Of a stretch of DNA of 64,000 nt, positions 37,001-48,089 are shown piece after piece (position 1 is the stretch's first letter; each line of letters begins with the position of its first letter). The stretch lies in contig OY740792.1 of assembly GCA_963514005.1 (NCBI GenBank), positions 67,084,001-67,148,000 of the forward strand, read 5' to 3'. Origin of the DNA: Raja brachyura. Its lineage: Eukaryota. The notes beneath the pieces were generated by a model. It saw only the letters and a list, made by a program, of their open reading frames with translations. It was not told where the DNA came from and did not search any database. Both the position numbers and the translations under genes were made by a program.

Positions 37001-40000
37001 ATTATCACTTAATAGTCTATTTCTATAAATATCTATCCTTAAAGAAATAAGACAGGCCTTTCAGAGGAGAAAATCTACAATATTCTATTCATAGATGAAC
37101 ATTTTTATAATTCACTAAGTTTACTGTCACTGGGGTAAAGATAGGTTCCTTGCGTTGTAAATGACCGCAAGATAACGTGTTGTAAATGTGGTCAAGGAAA
37201 GAGCTTTCACGTCGCGGCCCGGTTTCCACCAAACTTTCCACCATCACGCACAACAAGCAGAAGACAGACATCATTGTATGGCTCTGGCTGAACAACTTCT
37301 AATCTTGTGTGTGGACTCGATAAGTGTTGTAAATTACCGAGCTGTTTATGAGAAGTGAAACATTTCACAAACCGCTAGGGTTTATTGGAAAATCAACTGT
37401 ATAACTGCTTCCTAAAAGCCTCTTAAACATCACTATCATATCTGCCTCCGCTACCACGTCTAGCAGCGCATTCCCGGCACCCACCACCCTCTGTGTACGA
37501 AGACTCACCCTGCATATCTTCGTTAAACTTTGCCCCTTATAAACCAAAGAACAAGGAAAAATCATTATGCAAAATCAACAATGAATCCTTAATGTAATGG
37601 TCTGTCTTGGAATGGAATGGCAAATGGTATGTTAGCATTCATAGCGAAAGGATTTGAGTATAGGAGCAGGGAGGTTCTACTACAGTTGTACAGGGTTTTG
37701 GTGAGGCCACACCTGGAGTACTGCGTACAGTTTTGGTCTCCAAATCTGAGGAAAGACATCCTTGCCATAGAGGGGGTACAGAGAAGATTCACCAGACTGA
37801 TTCCTGGGATGTCAGGACTTTCATATGAGGAAAGATTGGATAGACACGGTTTGTACTCGATGGAATTTAGAAGATTGAGGGGGGATCTTATAGAAACCTA
37901 CAAAATTCTTAAGGGGTTGGACAAGCTAGATGCTGGAAGATTGTTCCCGATGTTGGGGGAGTCCAGAACAAGGGGTCACAGTCTAAGGATAAGGGGGAAT
38001 TCCTTTAGGACCGAAATGAGGAAAACATTCTTTACACAGAGAGTGGTGAGTCTCTGGAATTCTCTGCCACAGAAGGTAGTTGAGGCCAGTTCATTGGCTA
38101 TATTTAAGAGGGCGTTAGATGTGGCACTTGTGGCTAAAGGGATCAGGGGGTATGGAGAGAAGGCAGGTACGGGATACTGAGTTGGATGATCAGCCATGAT
38201 CACATTGAATGGCGGTGCAGGCTCGAAGGGCCGAATGGCCTACTCCTGCACCTATTTTCTATGTTTCTATGTTTCTATGGAATGTGTTGTACACGGAATC
38301 TGCCAACCTCATAGAACATAGAGCATAGTACAGGCCCTTCAGCCTGCAATGTGTGAGACGGACATGGAGCCAAGTTAAACCAATCATATCAGCCTCCACC
38401 ACCAGTACTAGCAGCATCTTCCATGCACTCACCACCCTCTGTGTAAAACAACTTGTCCCGTACATCTCCTTTAAACGTTGTCTCTCTCACCTTGAAGCTA
38501 TGTCCTCTAGTCCTTGACATTTCCACTATCTAGCTTTCACGTTGATTTGCTATAATCTGCTTACTGGCCTCAGTAAATCATTTACTATGAAACCACGATC
38601 TCCCAAGTCACAGAGGATTAACGCTGCCTCCTGCCACATAATAATAAACCACTACATTGGTTAGTAAGTAAAGTAACCAATCTACAATAAGAAGCTTTAT
38701 AAAAAATTAAAGAAAAGAAAGAAAATGCTGGAAATATGCAGCATGTCAGGCAGCACATGTGGAAAGAGAAAGTTAAAGAAACAGGTCAAGGACCGATCGT
38801 GAGAACAGTGAGCAAATTAGACGATAGAGAGACGAGCAGAATTTCATAGGAATGAATTGCAGATGCTGGTTCAAATCGAAGATAGGCACAAAATGGTGAA
38901 GTAACTCAGCGGGACAGAAGCATCCCTGGAGAGAAGGAACGGGTGACTTCTTCAGACTGAAAGTCAAGGGAAAGGGAAACAAGAGATATCGACAATGATG
39001 TAGAGAGATATAGATATGCAAAAAAGTATTGATGATAAAGGAAACAGGTAATTGTTAGCTGTAGCTGCGTGAGAACAAAAAGCTGTTGTGACTTGGAAGG
39101 GGATGTGTGGAGAGAGAGAGAGGGAAAGCAAGGGTTACTTGAAGTTAGAGAAATCAATATTCATATCAAGCTGCCCAAGCGAAATATGAGATGTTGTTCC
39201 TCCAATTTCCACTTCACCTCACTTTGACAATGGAGGAGGCCTAGGACAGAAAGGTCAGTGAGGGAATGAGAAGGGGAATTAAAGTGTTTAGCAACTGGGA
39301 GATCAGGTAGGTCCAGGCGGACTGAGTGAAGGTGTTCAGCGAAACGATTGCCCAGTGTACATTTGGTCTCGCCGATGTATAAAGGTCCACATCTTGAACA
39401 ACGGATACAGTAGGTGAGGTTGGAGGTGATGCAAGTGAACCTCTGCCTAACCTGAAAGGACTACCGGGATCCCAGGACGGAATCAAGGGAGGAGGTGTTG
39501 GGACAGGTGTTGCATCTCCTGTGGTTGTAGGGGATTTTTTTCCTGGGGGAAAAGTGGCGATAATTTCAAAAGTAAATAAAAAGTAAATAAAAATCAGAAG
39601 ATAGACACAAATTGCTGTAGTAACTCAGCGGTTCAGTCAGCTTCTCTAAAGAAATGAAATACTGTAGGTGACGTTNNNNNNNNNNNNNNNNNNNNNNNNN
39701 NNNNNNNNNNNNNNNNNNNNNNNNNNNNNNNNNNNNNNNNNNNNNNNNNNNNNNNNNNNNNNNNNNNNNNNNNNNNNNNNNNNNNNNNNNNNNNNNNNNN
39801 NNNNNNNNNNNNNNNNNNNNNNNNNNNNNNNNNNNNNNNNNNNNNNNNNNNNNNNNNNNNNNNNNNNNNNNNNNNNNNNATGCTGGTTTATACCGAAGAC
39901 AGACCAATGAAAACAAGAAAACTACTGTAAAGTAGAACATATAACAATACAGGAACAGGTCCTTCAGCCCACAATGTCCATTAAGAACATGATGCCAAGT

Positions 40001-43000
40001 TAAACTAATCTCTGTTGCATATAATCCATATACCTCCATTCCCTGCAAATCCATGTGCCTATCAGAACCGCTAACGTCTAACACCACAAATTACATCTAC
40101 CTCCCCCACCACCCCTGGCAGCATGCTCCAGCTCACACCACCCTCAATAAAAACTTTAAATGCTCATAAGGTCAGGCGGCATTTGTGATGAGAAAATCAG
40201 ATTCAATGTTTCAGGACTGTGACAGAACTCTTCTTAACTTTTTTGTTTTAGTTTAGGTTAGTTTATTGTCACGTGGACTGAGATGCAGCAAAAAGCTTTT
40301 GTTTTCTCATCAAAATATACATAGAAACATAGAAAATAGGTGCAGGAGGAGGCCAATCGGCCCTTCGAGCCAGCACCGCCATTCATTGTGATCATGACTG
40401 ATCGTCCGCTATCAATAACCCGTGCCTGCCTTATCCCCATATCCCTTGACTCCACTAGCCCCTAGAGCTCTATCCAACTCGGTCGGTCTTGGAATGTATT
40501 GTGCACATACAATTTTGCTTTTTTCCCCACATTATGCTACACTTCACATCTATTTTCTTGTTCATATATTCTATCCACAATCAATTTTCCTATCTGTCTT
40601 TGTATAATTTGAAAAATTAGCAACATCACAACGCTGCCTTCATAGGAGTCGTATACATTACAATATTTCATAATACGATATTCACTGAAGAAGGGTCCTG
40701 ACCCGAAACATCACCTATCCATGTTCTCCAGACATGCTGCCTGACGCGTTGAGTTCCTCCAGCACTTTGTGTCTATGCAGGATTCCAGCGTCTGAGATTC
40801 CTGTGTCTCCACTTTACTGTCCAACTGTCTGTGTCATCACCAAATATAGCAACATCCCATCTCATGTGAGTCATAAAAAATCATTGATCGTAGTGTGGAA
40901 ACAGGCCCTTTGCGTACAGCGACCAAGATGCCCCATCTACAGTAGTCCCACCTACCTTCATTTGGCGCATAGCCCCCTAAACGTATCCTATCCATGTACC
41001 TGTCCAAATGTGTTTTAATCATTATGATAGTACCTGCCTCAACTACCTCCTCTGGCAGCTCATTCCATATACCCACCACACTTGGCGTAAAAAAGGTTGC
41101 CCCTCAGGTTCCTATTGAATCTATCCCCCTCACTTTAATCCCATACTTCATACCCCTGACCCGGAACATCACCTATCCATGTTCTCCAGAGATGCTGCCT
41201 GACCCGCCGAGTTACTCCAGCAACTTGTCCCCTTTTTTCCACCGTTCCATCATATTCCACTGTCCTCGTCAGGAAACCCAGTTGATTTAACGGCAGCACT
41301 ATAACCGGTGGGGCTCCTTGAGCGAAATTGAAATGGTAATAATTAAGTACTGTGTATAGTTTATGGAGATACAAGGAACTGCAGTTGCTGGAATCATGAG
41401 CAAAACACAAAGTGTTGGAGGTACTCAGTGTGTCAGGGAGCATCTGTGGGCTGAAGAAGGGTCCCGACCCGAAACGACGCATGTCCATTCCCTCCACAGA
41501 TGCTGAGTTCCTCCAGCACTTTGTGTCTTGCTCAAGATTCCAGCGTCTGCAGTTTCTCGAGTATCAATGTTATACATCTTTCTTCAACTTTCACTATTAT
41601 TTGAAAACATTTACCGTTAAGATACGGCGTAAGTGCTTTATTAGGCCAAGATATATATAATATATATATGATAAAGCACTTACGCCGTATTTTTGCGGTA
41701 AATGTTTCAAATAATAATGAAGAAAGATGTGTATATATGAGCTGATATCATCGATGTATACAAACATATATATAATATATAAGGCAGCAACTCATATATA
41801 TATATCGATGCACAGTTGAACTGTACTTGAGTTGCTGCCTTACAGCGCCGTAGACGCGGGTTCAATCCTGACTACGGGTGTAGGATGTGCCGAGTTTGTA
41901 CGTTCTCCCCGTGACCTGCGTGGGTTTTTTTTACGGGTGCTCCGGTTTCCTCCCGCACTCCAAAGACGTACAGGTTTGTAGGTTAATTGGCTTCGGTAAA
42001 ATTGTAAATTGTCCCTAATGCGCAGGATAGTGTTAGTGTAAAACGTGTTTAAGAAGAAGGGCCTCGACCCGAATCGTCACATCTCCTTCTCTCCATAGAT
42101 GCTGCCTCACCCGCTGAGTTCCTCCAGCATTTTGTTGTCTACCCAGTGTATGAGGTGATCGCTGATCCCCCGAAATCTGTAAGGTGTAAAAGTCTAAATG
42201 CATATTTGCAGCAGATATTGTACACATTGACTGATCTTATACACTTTTGATCGGGTTAATGAATTGCGTTCAACGTTCTCCAGAGATGCTACTTGACCCG
42301 TTGAGTTACTCCAGCACTCTGTCTTTTTTTGTAAACCAGCATCTGCAGTTCCTTGTTGCTACGTTTAACAAATTTGTACAAATGTACTATTGAACCTTGG
42401 CCATGTGTAGGAAGGAACTGCAGATGCGAGTTTACACCGCAGATAGACACAAAATCTTGGAGTAACTCGGCAGTAACTGAGCCGCTGAGTTACTCCAGCA
42501 TTCTGTGTGTCTTCAGTAATTGGAGGACGCCGGCTGCCACATTCATTCAAGCCACTTACTTGGGGTGGGAGGGAAAAATTCGCTCACCGAGTCCGTCCCC
42601 GTGAGGTGCTGAACCAGGCAGGTGGCGACCGTGCCCGCCTCTAGCCGAGGGTCGATGAGCCGCAGCCGGGAGCTCACGTTGAAGCTTCCATCCCCGTTCT
42701 CACTCAGCGGCCCCGCTTCTGTTTCATAGGACAATTGGCCCACGACAGCCCAGGACATGTTCAGCTCCCTCGGGAAGAATCCGGCGGCCACACAAGTCAG
42801 AGTCAGCTTCTGGTTCTGCGTCTCTGCGCCTTCTACCCCGGGATCCAGGCTCAGGGAGATGTCAGGCTTCGCTGCGTAAAGTAGAAAAACAGCACGTTGT
42901 GAATCTCCCTGTCGCTCTCAGTCATGCATGAGCAACTGTGATAACACGGCACGCCGTGCACCGTGCTGAAGGAGCAACCAAGTCATTCAATGGATTAGTA

Positions 43001-46000
43001 GCGGAATAAGAGGAGCTGCAAATGCTGGTTTATACCAACGAAAGGCACAAGTACTGGAGTAACTCAGAGGGTCAGGCGGCATCTCTGGAGAACATGGATA
43101 GGTGACGAGAGGTAGACACAAACTGCTGGAGTAACTCTTCATGGATGATATGTGATGTTTGGGGTCGGGTTACTTCTACAGACTACATCTCTTCAGTCTG
43201 TGTCTCAAAATGCACAATAAAAGAGAAAAATACAGGAAGCGAATAACCATATAACCATATAACAATTACAGCACGGAAACAGGCCATCTCGGCCCTTCAA
43301 GTCCGTGCCGAACAACTTTTTTCCCTTAGTCCCAGCTGCCTGCACTCATACCATAACCCTCCATACCCTTCTCATCCATATGCCTATCCAATTTATTTTT
43401 AAATGATACCAACGAACCTGCCGCCACCACTTCCACTGAAAGCTCATTCCACACCGCTACCACTCTCTGAGTAAAGAAGATCCCACTCATGTTACCCCTA
43501 AACTTCTGTCCCTTCATTCTAAAGTCATGTCCTCTTGTTTGAATCTTCCCTATGCTCTGTCTATCCCTCTCATCATTTTAAAGACCTCTATCAAGTCCCC
43601 CCTTAACCTTCTGCGCTCCAGAGAATAAAGACTTAACTTATTCAACCTATCTCTGTAACTTAGCTGTTGAAACCCAGGCAACATTCTAGTAAATCTCCTC
43701 TGTACCCCCTCTATTTTGTTGACATCCTTCCTATAGTTGGGCGACCAAAATTGTACACCATACTCCAGATTTGGTCTCACCAATGCCTTGTACAATTTTA
43801 ACATTATGAATGAAATGGAATTGGAGACGCTGGAATGTTTAAGAATAAGGGGTCGGCCATTTAGAAGATGAGGAAAAACATTTCACCCAGAGAGTTGTGA
43901 ATCTGTGGAGTTCGCTGCCCCAGAAGGCAGTGGAGGCCAATTCTCTGGATGCTTTCAAGAGCGAGTTATAGAGCTCTTAAAGATAGTGGAGTCCCGGGAT
44001 ATGGGGAGAAGGCAGGAACGGGGTGCTGATTGTGGATGGTCAGCCATGATCACAGTGAATCTGCGGAGGGGTTGGACAGGCGGCATTTCGGGACGGGGCC
44101 CTTCGGTCTGAATCGCCGCCAGTCCATTCCCTCCACAGATGCTGCCGGACCCGCCGAGTTCCTCCAGCACTCTGTGTATTTTAATGCCTTAAATGGAAGT
44201 GAATATCTTGTAGACGGCAAACTAAATCCAAGCAGACGATGGACATCTAAAACAGAACATATAAATATTCAGCCGGACAGGACTGATTCGTGGGAAGAGA
44301 ATGACGGTCCATGTTCTCCAGAGATGCTGCCTGACCCGATGAGTTACTCCAGCACATTGCGTCTTTATGTTAACCAGCACCTCCGGTTCCTTGTGTTTCA
44401 GGGTCAGAGTTTCGGCTGGAAGTCTTCAATGTGAATCGGGAAATTCTCTCTCCCCCCACCCCACAGATACGGACCGACCTCTTGAGTAGCTCCAGCATTT
44501 TATTTATTTGCTTTTACAACTGGTACTGTCCGGGCCCAGGTTGGTTCTGCAACAGAAGATGGGTTCACGTTGCCAGAATTATTTAACAGAGTCTGAGCGA
44601 GTCGGGCTCCCTGTCGCCAGCCGGTGGGCGATGGGAGAGCGGCCGCATGTTTGCATTGTAGCTGCCTCCCTTCAATGAAGCGTTAGGAATGTGTGACCAT
44701 CCCTACTGTCCGCTGGTGCGGTGGGGTGGGGGCCTCACACGCGTCCCAAGTTCAAATCTGAGGGAAGACATCCTTGCCATAGAGGGATTACAGAGAAGGT
44801 TCACCAGACTGATTCCTGGGATGTCAGGACTTTCATATGAGGAAAGATTGGATAGACTCGGCTTGTACTCGCTGGAATTTAGAAGATTGAGGGGGGATCT
44901 TATAGAAACTTACAAAATTCTTAAGGAGTTGGACAAGCTAGATGCTGGAAGATTGTTCCCGATGTTGGGGGAGTCCAGAACAAGGGGTCACAGTCTAAGG
45001 ATTGGGGGAATTCCTTTAGGACCGAGATGAGGAAAACATTCTTTACACAGAGAGTGGTGAGTCTCTGGAATTCTCTGCCACAGAAGGTAGTTGAGGCCAG
45101 TTCATTGGCTATATTTAAGAGGGCGTTAGATGTGGCACTTGTGGCTAAAGGGATCAGGGGGTATGGAGAGAAGGCAGGTACGGGATACTGAGTTGGATGA
45201 TCAGCCATGATCACATTGAATGGCGGTGCAGGCTCGAAGGGCCGAATGGCATACTCCTGCACCTATTTTTTCTATGTTTCTATGTTTCTAAGTTCCCCAA
45301 CCAGAATGCTACCTTAACCACCGAGTTCCCCAGCACTTTGTGTTTTGCTTAAATAAGACTCCAGCGCCTGCAGTCCCTGTCTCCACTTCTATTTCTTCCC
45401 CTTCCTGCATTTTACCTCTCTCTATTAATGTGCATGTTGAGGCACAAACCAACCCAGACCTGACCCTAAACATCACCTATCCATGATCTCCAGGGGTGCT
45501 GCCTGACCCACTGAGTGGTATAAACCAGTGTCTACATTTGACTGCTCCACTGTGAAATTCATCAAGGTCTGCCTTATTTGAAGAAGTTATCCGACGGCAG
45601 TTCTGTAATAACCTCTCTCGCAGTCTGTAGTAGGGCCCCGTGCCGAGACGTCACTTCTCCATGATCTCCAGGGGTGCTGCCTGCCCCGCTGTTACTCCAG
45701 CACTTTGAGTCTGCCCTCTCTCACTGCTGCCCTCATTGATTCTGTGACATATTAAGTTGTGTTCATTTTCACACATAAACATGATGCATCTGCCGCACAT
45801 TTGGTTATCGCAGCCGGGAATTGTTTCAGGGCCAGTTATTCTACTTCCCTGGAGCCCGGAAGCAAATGTTAAACCGAACTTGACAAAGACAAGAATCCTT
45901 CAGCCGGTCAGGTCAAGAGGGAATCTACAGAAAACTGAGAGAAACAAAGAGGTTTTTGTTTCCACACTCCCTCCTTGTAAGGAAACCAAGATAATTAAAT

Positions 46001-47810
46001 GCCAGCACTGGACCTATTGGGGATATAAACACTGCGACCGAGGTTGAGGTTGTGTTCATTCTCTATGTTGTATCATTAGGGAGACAGGAGGAGCTCCAGA
46101 TGCAAGTTTTGTTTTCCAAAGATGCACTCAAAGCGCTGGAGTAACTCAGCGAGTCAGGCAGCATCTCTGGAAATCATGGATTTAAGTTCGGGACCTTTTG
46201 TCAGACTGGGTTGGTTTGTGCCGGAAAATGAGCATTAATAGAGAGAGATGAAATGCAGGAATGAAATGGAAGTAGAGACAGGGAACTGCAGGCGCTGCAG
46301 TCTTAAGCAAAACACAAAATGCTGGAGGAACACAGCGGTTAAGGCCGCATCTGTGGAGGGGATGCACAGGCGGCGTTTCGGGTTGGGGAACTTGGGATTC
46401 GTGTGATTCACCAACCCCACCGCATCAGATCTCGGGGTGGCTGTGGAGGCAGATACGATCGTAGAGTTGAAGAGACTTTTGGATAGACACATGAATATAC
46501 AAGTTAGTTTAACCTGGCCTCATGGTCCGCACGAACATTGTGGGCTGAAGGGCCTGTTCCTGTTGTAGGTTCTATATTAATTACCTTGGATGTGCAATGT
46601 TGTTCCATTTCCTATACACTTTTTCCAGACATCATCTATCAGTACCACACAATGGTAAGTGTCTGCATCGTGCACAGTCACCTCCCAAATGACCAGCGAG
46701 TCCTTAGACACGGACAGGCGGTCGCTTGTCTTCAGAAAACTCCTGAACTTGTTGTCCCAGAGATCCGGGTTGTCTTTCGTCCGAATCCAGTATCGCCTCA
46801 TTGAAACTTTCTCCCCCTCTCCGGGTAGCAGAGAGCAGTTGAACCTCGCTGTCTGCCCTCGGAGAAGCGTCAGAGCAGCAGGAGACTGGATCACCCTCAC
46901 ACCGACAGCGGACCCTGGCACGGAAAGTGAATATAGTTAACGACGTCTTCCGAGTAACTCCAGTTTACTATCATGGGCACAAGGACAGTGAGGTCCAGGG
47001 GCAATTAAACCACCCTCGCTCACCTGTAACCACTTGTGTAGGAAGGAACTGCAGATGCTGATCTATATCGAAGACAGACACAAAGTGCTGGAGACGCTAG
47101 TAGCATCTCTGGAGAACATATCTGAAGAAAGGTCGCGACGCGAAACGTCACCTATCCATGTTCTCCACAGATGCTGCCTGACCCGCTGAGTTACTCCAGC
47201 ACTCTGTGAAACGTCACCTATCCATGTTCTCCACAGATGCTGCCTGACCCGCTGAGTTACTCCAGCACTCTGTGAAACGTCGCCTATCCATGTTCTCCAC
47301 AGATGCTGCCTGACCCGCTGAGTTACTCCAACACTGTGTTTTGTTCAAGATTCCAGCATCTGCAGTTCCTTGTGTCGCTTATATTTAAGATAGACACAAG
47401 GTGCTGGAGTAACTCAGTGAGTCAGGCAGCAACTCTGGAGAAAAATGACGGGTGACGTTTCGGGTCGGAACCCTTCGCTTAAATATAGTCGTGTTAACTT
47501 TCTGACATAAAATTATTTTAACTGCATTTTCAATTTCTGCTTTTGTGTCTAAATTAAAAACTTGCTTGCAACACCATCACGTGCACCTACACTGAAACAA
47601 ACACATATTCAAAAACAAATTGAACATAAATTACATTGAACATGACATTTCTAAAAGACAGCAAAAGAGCAACAAACATGAGTGCAAAAGAGATAGAAAG
47701 AAACAAGTTATCGGAAGACAACGTGAACAGAGGTTGGCAAGCGTGAACATGAATGACTTACCTGGGAGAAAGAGGCAGAGTGTGCAGATGAAGTTTGCAA
47801 ACGATGACAT
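27932..47810 (-). CDS. Six-exon Ig-superfamily inhibitory receptor (leader-VJ-C1-TM-cyt-ITIM/ITSM), 335 aa; SIRP-like, non-rearranging antigen-receptor-like
   Basis: Exons 47762-47810, 46585-46914, 42560-42871, 32183-32284, 31697-31764 and 27932-28078. All introns are GT-AG with phases 1,1,1,1,0, and the exons join into one stop-free ORF with a coherent domain order. Orthology cannot be assigned without a search. Confidence 0.88.
28150..29040 (-). mobile_element. CR1 3' fragment hosting a minisatellite
   Basis: QRRFTMMLPG...RGNFITQRV..WNE..EEVVEAGTI. Confidence 0.85.
28268..28714. repeat. 12-bp minisatellite (TCCATGCACCTG) x ~37
   Basis: Directly visible tandem array. Confidence 0.97.
31697..31764 (-). 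CDS. Exon 5: cytoplasmic (E)SSVHDTTVRIQRLRKRKNSVNE
   Basis: Acceptor tatttttatag, donor GAG|GTGAGT; phase 1-0, which bridges the TM exon to the phase-0 terminal exon. Confidence 0.82.
32183..32284 (-). CDS. Exon 4: transmembrane segment SFIKYYFILLSLILIVPICVWILYHYHSKLKKGK
   Basis: About 19-residue uncharged hydrophobic run followed by a basic stop-transfer; acceptor gattttcaag, donor AAAG|GTAACG; phase 1-1. Confidence 0.88.
33128..34380 (+). mobile_element. Non-autonomous non-LTR element inserted in the foldback arm
   Basis: Starts aagatagcggcg; ends AATAAA followed by (TCTAA)n; host sequence resumes gcatcc|ctc.ggacagcc with a short ATCC duplication. Confidence 0.7.
33370..33910. repeat. Compound minisatellite GACCCGACTCGGTCCCGGAGCGGTTC + (CAG/CGG)n, ~10 units
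   Basis: Directly visible. Confidence 0.95.
36300..36690. repeat. ~31-bp subterminal tandem repeat (TTGGTTATTTGGCTTTTCG..GTTGCGTCCG) x ~12
   Basis: Directly visible; shorter arrays at 2630-2735, 13345-13450 and 32820-32960. Confidence 0.93.
37615..38278 (+). mobile_element. Young CR1 3' fragment with an open C-terminal ORF
   Basis: 187-aa ORF LVRPHLEYCVQFWSP...; near-identical to 44752-45290; (TTTCTATG)n tail. Confidence 0.95.
38850..39535 (-). mobile_element. Penelope-like element 3' part (GIY-YIG endonuclease and 3' terminal repeat)
   Basis: Manual translation FTCITSNLTYCIRCSRCGPLYIGETK...EH...HFN; runs into the abundant cagcatctgca/cttcagactga terminal repeat. Confidence 0.9.
39676..39879. 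other. Assembly gap (204 N) in intron 3
   Basis: N run. Confidence 1.
41571..41735. repeat. ~165-bp imperfect palindrome with a (TA)n loop
   Basis: atacggcgtaagtgctttat / ataaagcacttacgccgtat, extending to tatacatcttt / aaagatgtgtata. Confidence 0.85.
42560..42871 (-). CDS. Exon 3: Ig C1-set domain
   Basis: AKPDISL...LTLTCVAAGFFPRELNMSW...NGDGSFNVSSRL...ATCLVQH; acceptor ttctactttacgcag, donor A|GTAAGT; phase 1-1. Confidence 0.95.
43246..43806 (-). mobile_element. CR1 3' fragment (second subfamily, ATATGGTT tail)
   Basis: LVRPNLEYGVQFWSPNYRKD. Confidence 0.9.
44752..45290 (+). mobile_element. CR1 3' fragment
   Basis: ILAIEGLQRRFTRLIPG...; CR1 tail. Confidence 0.93.
46585..46914 (-). CDS. 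Exon 2: Ig V-set domain with germline J-like G strand
   Basis: GSAVGVRVIQSP...RFNC...RYW...SLVI...DADTYHC...IGNGTTLHIQ; acceptor tttccgtgccag, donor CAAG|GTAATT; phase 1-1. Confidence 0.95.
47142..47338 (+). repeat. Three tandem 66-bp copies of a Penelope terminal segment
   Basis: Units start at 47142, 47208 and 47274. Confidence 0.93.
47762..47810 (-). CDS. Exon 1: signal peptide MSSFANFICTLCLFLP(G)
   Basis: ATG at 47810-47808 with A at -3; hydrophobic leader; phase-1 donor CAG|GTAAGT. Confidence 0.88.
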
Positions 47811-47975
47811 TTTGGTGAAGAAATTGCCGAGACACGGATCACACGGAGCCGCTGGTCATTCTGCAGAATTCACAACCGCGGCGAGTTTTTCTGCGCTGCT
47901 GTGCGTCAGATCGACCGCAGATTGGACGGTAGGTCAGTGAAACAACTCTTTGTACATTTGTGGAAAGAGGAACTG
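47811..47975 (-). promoter_or_regulatory. Putative 5'UTR and proximal promoter of the Ig receptor gene
   Basis: CpG-containing unique stretch just upstream of the ATG. It has CCAAT (47921-47925, minus strand), RUNX-type ACCGCA (47914-47919), TGACGCA (47902-47908) and an ETS/PU.1-like AAAGAGGAACT (47964-47974). Motif matches only. Confidence 0.45.
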
Positions 47976-48089
47976 AAGATGTTGGTATACAAGAAAAGAG
48001 GCAGAAAGTACCTCAGTGGATCAGGCAGTATCTCCAGAGAACACGAATAGCAACCATCCCGAAACATCACCAACAGGGGGATATGAGAG

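Noticed and set aside
37207-37341. Acceptor-like site in intron 3 (SVIYNTY in one frame)
   Set aside because: It lies upstream of the TM exon, and the phase needed after C1 hits a stop within three codons
42543-42559. Secretory tail by C1 donor read-through (SKWLE*)
   Set aside because: No nearby poly(A) signal on the minus strand
44051-44057. CACAGTG heptamers as possible RSS near the V exon
   Set aside because: Part of CR1 3' tails, with no nonamer at 12/23 spacing; the V exon is already joined to its J-like strand
42560-46914. Calling the gene a TCR chain, Ig light chain, NKp30 or tapasin
   Set aside because: It has a TM with no charged residue, an ITIM/ITSM tail, no KKxx and no V(D)J segments
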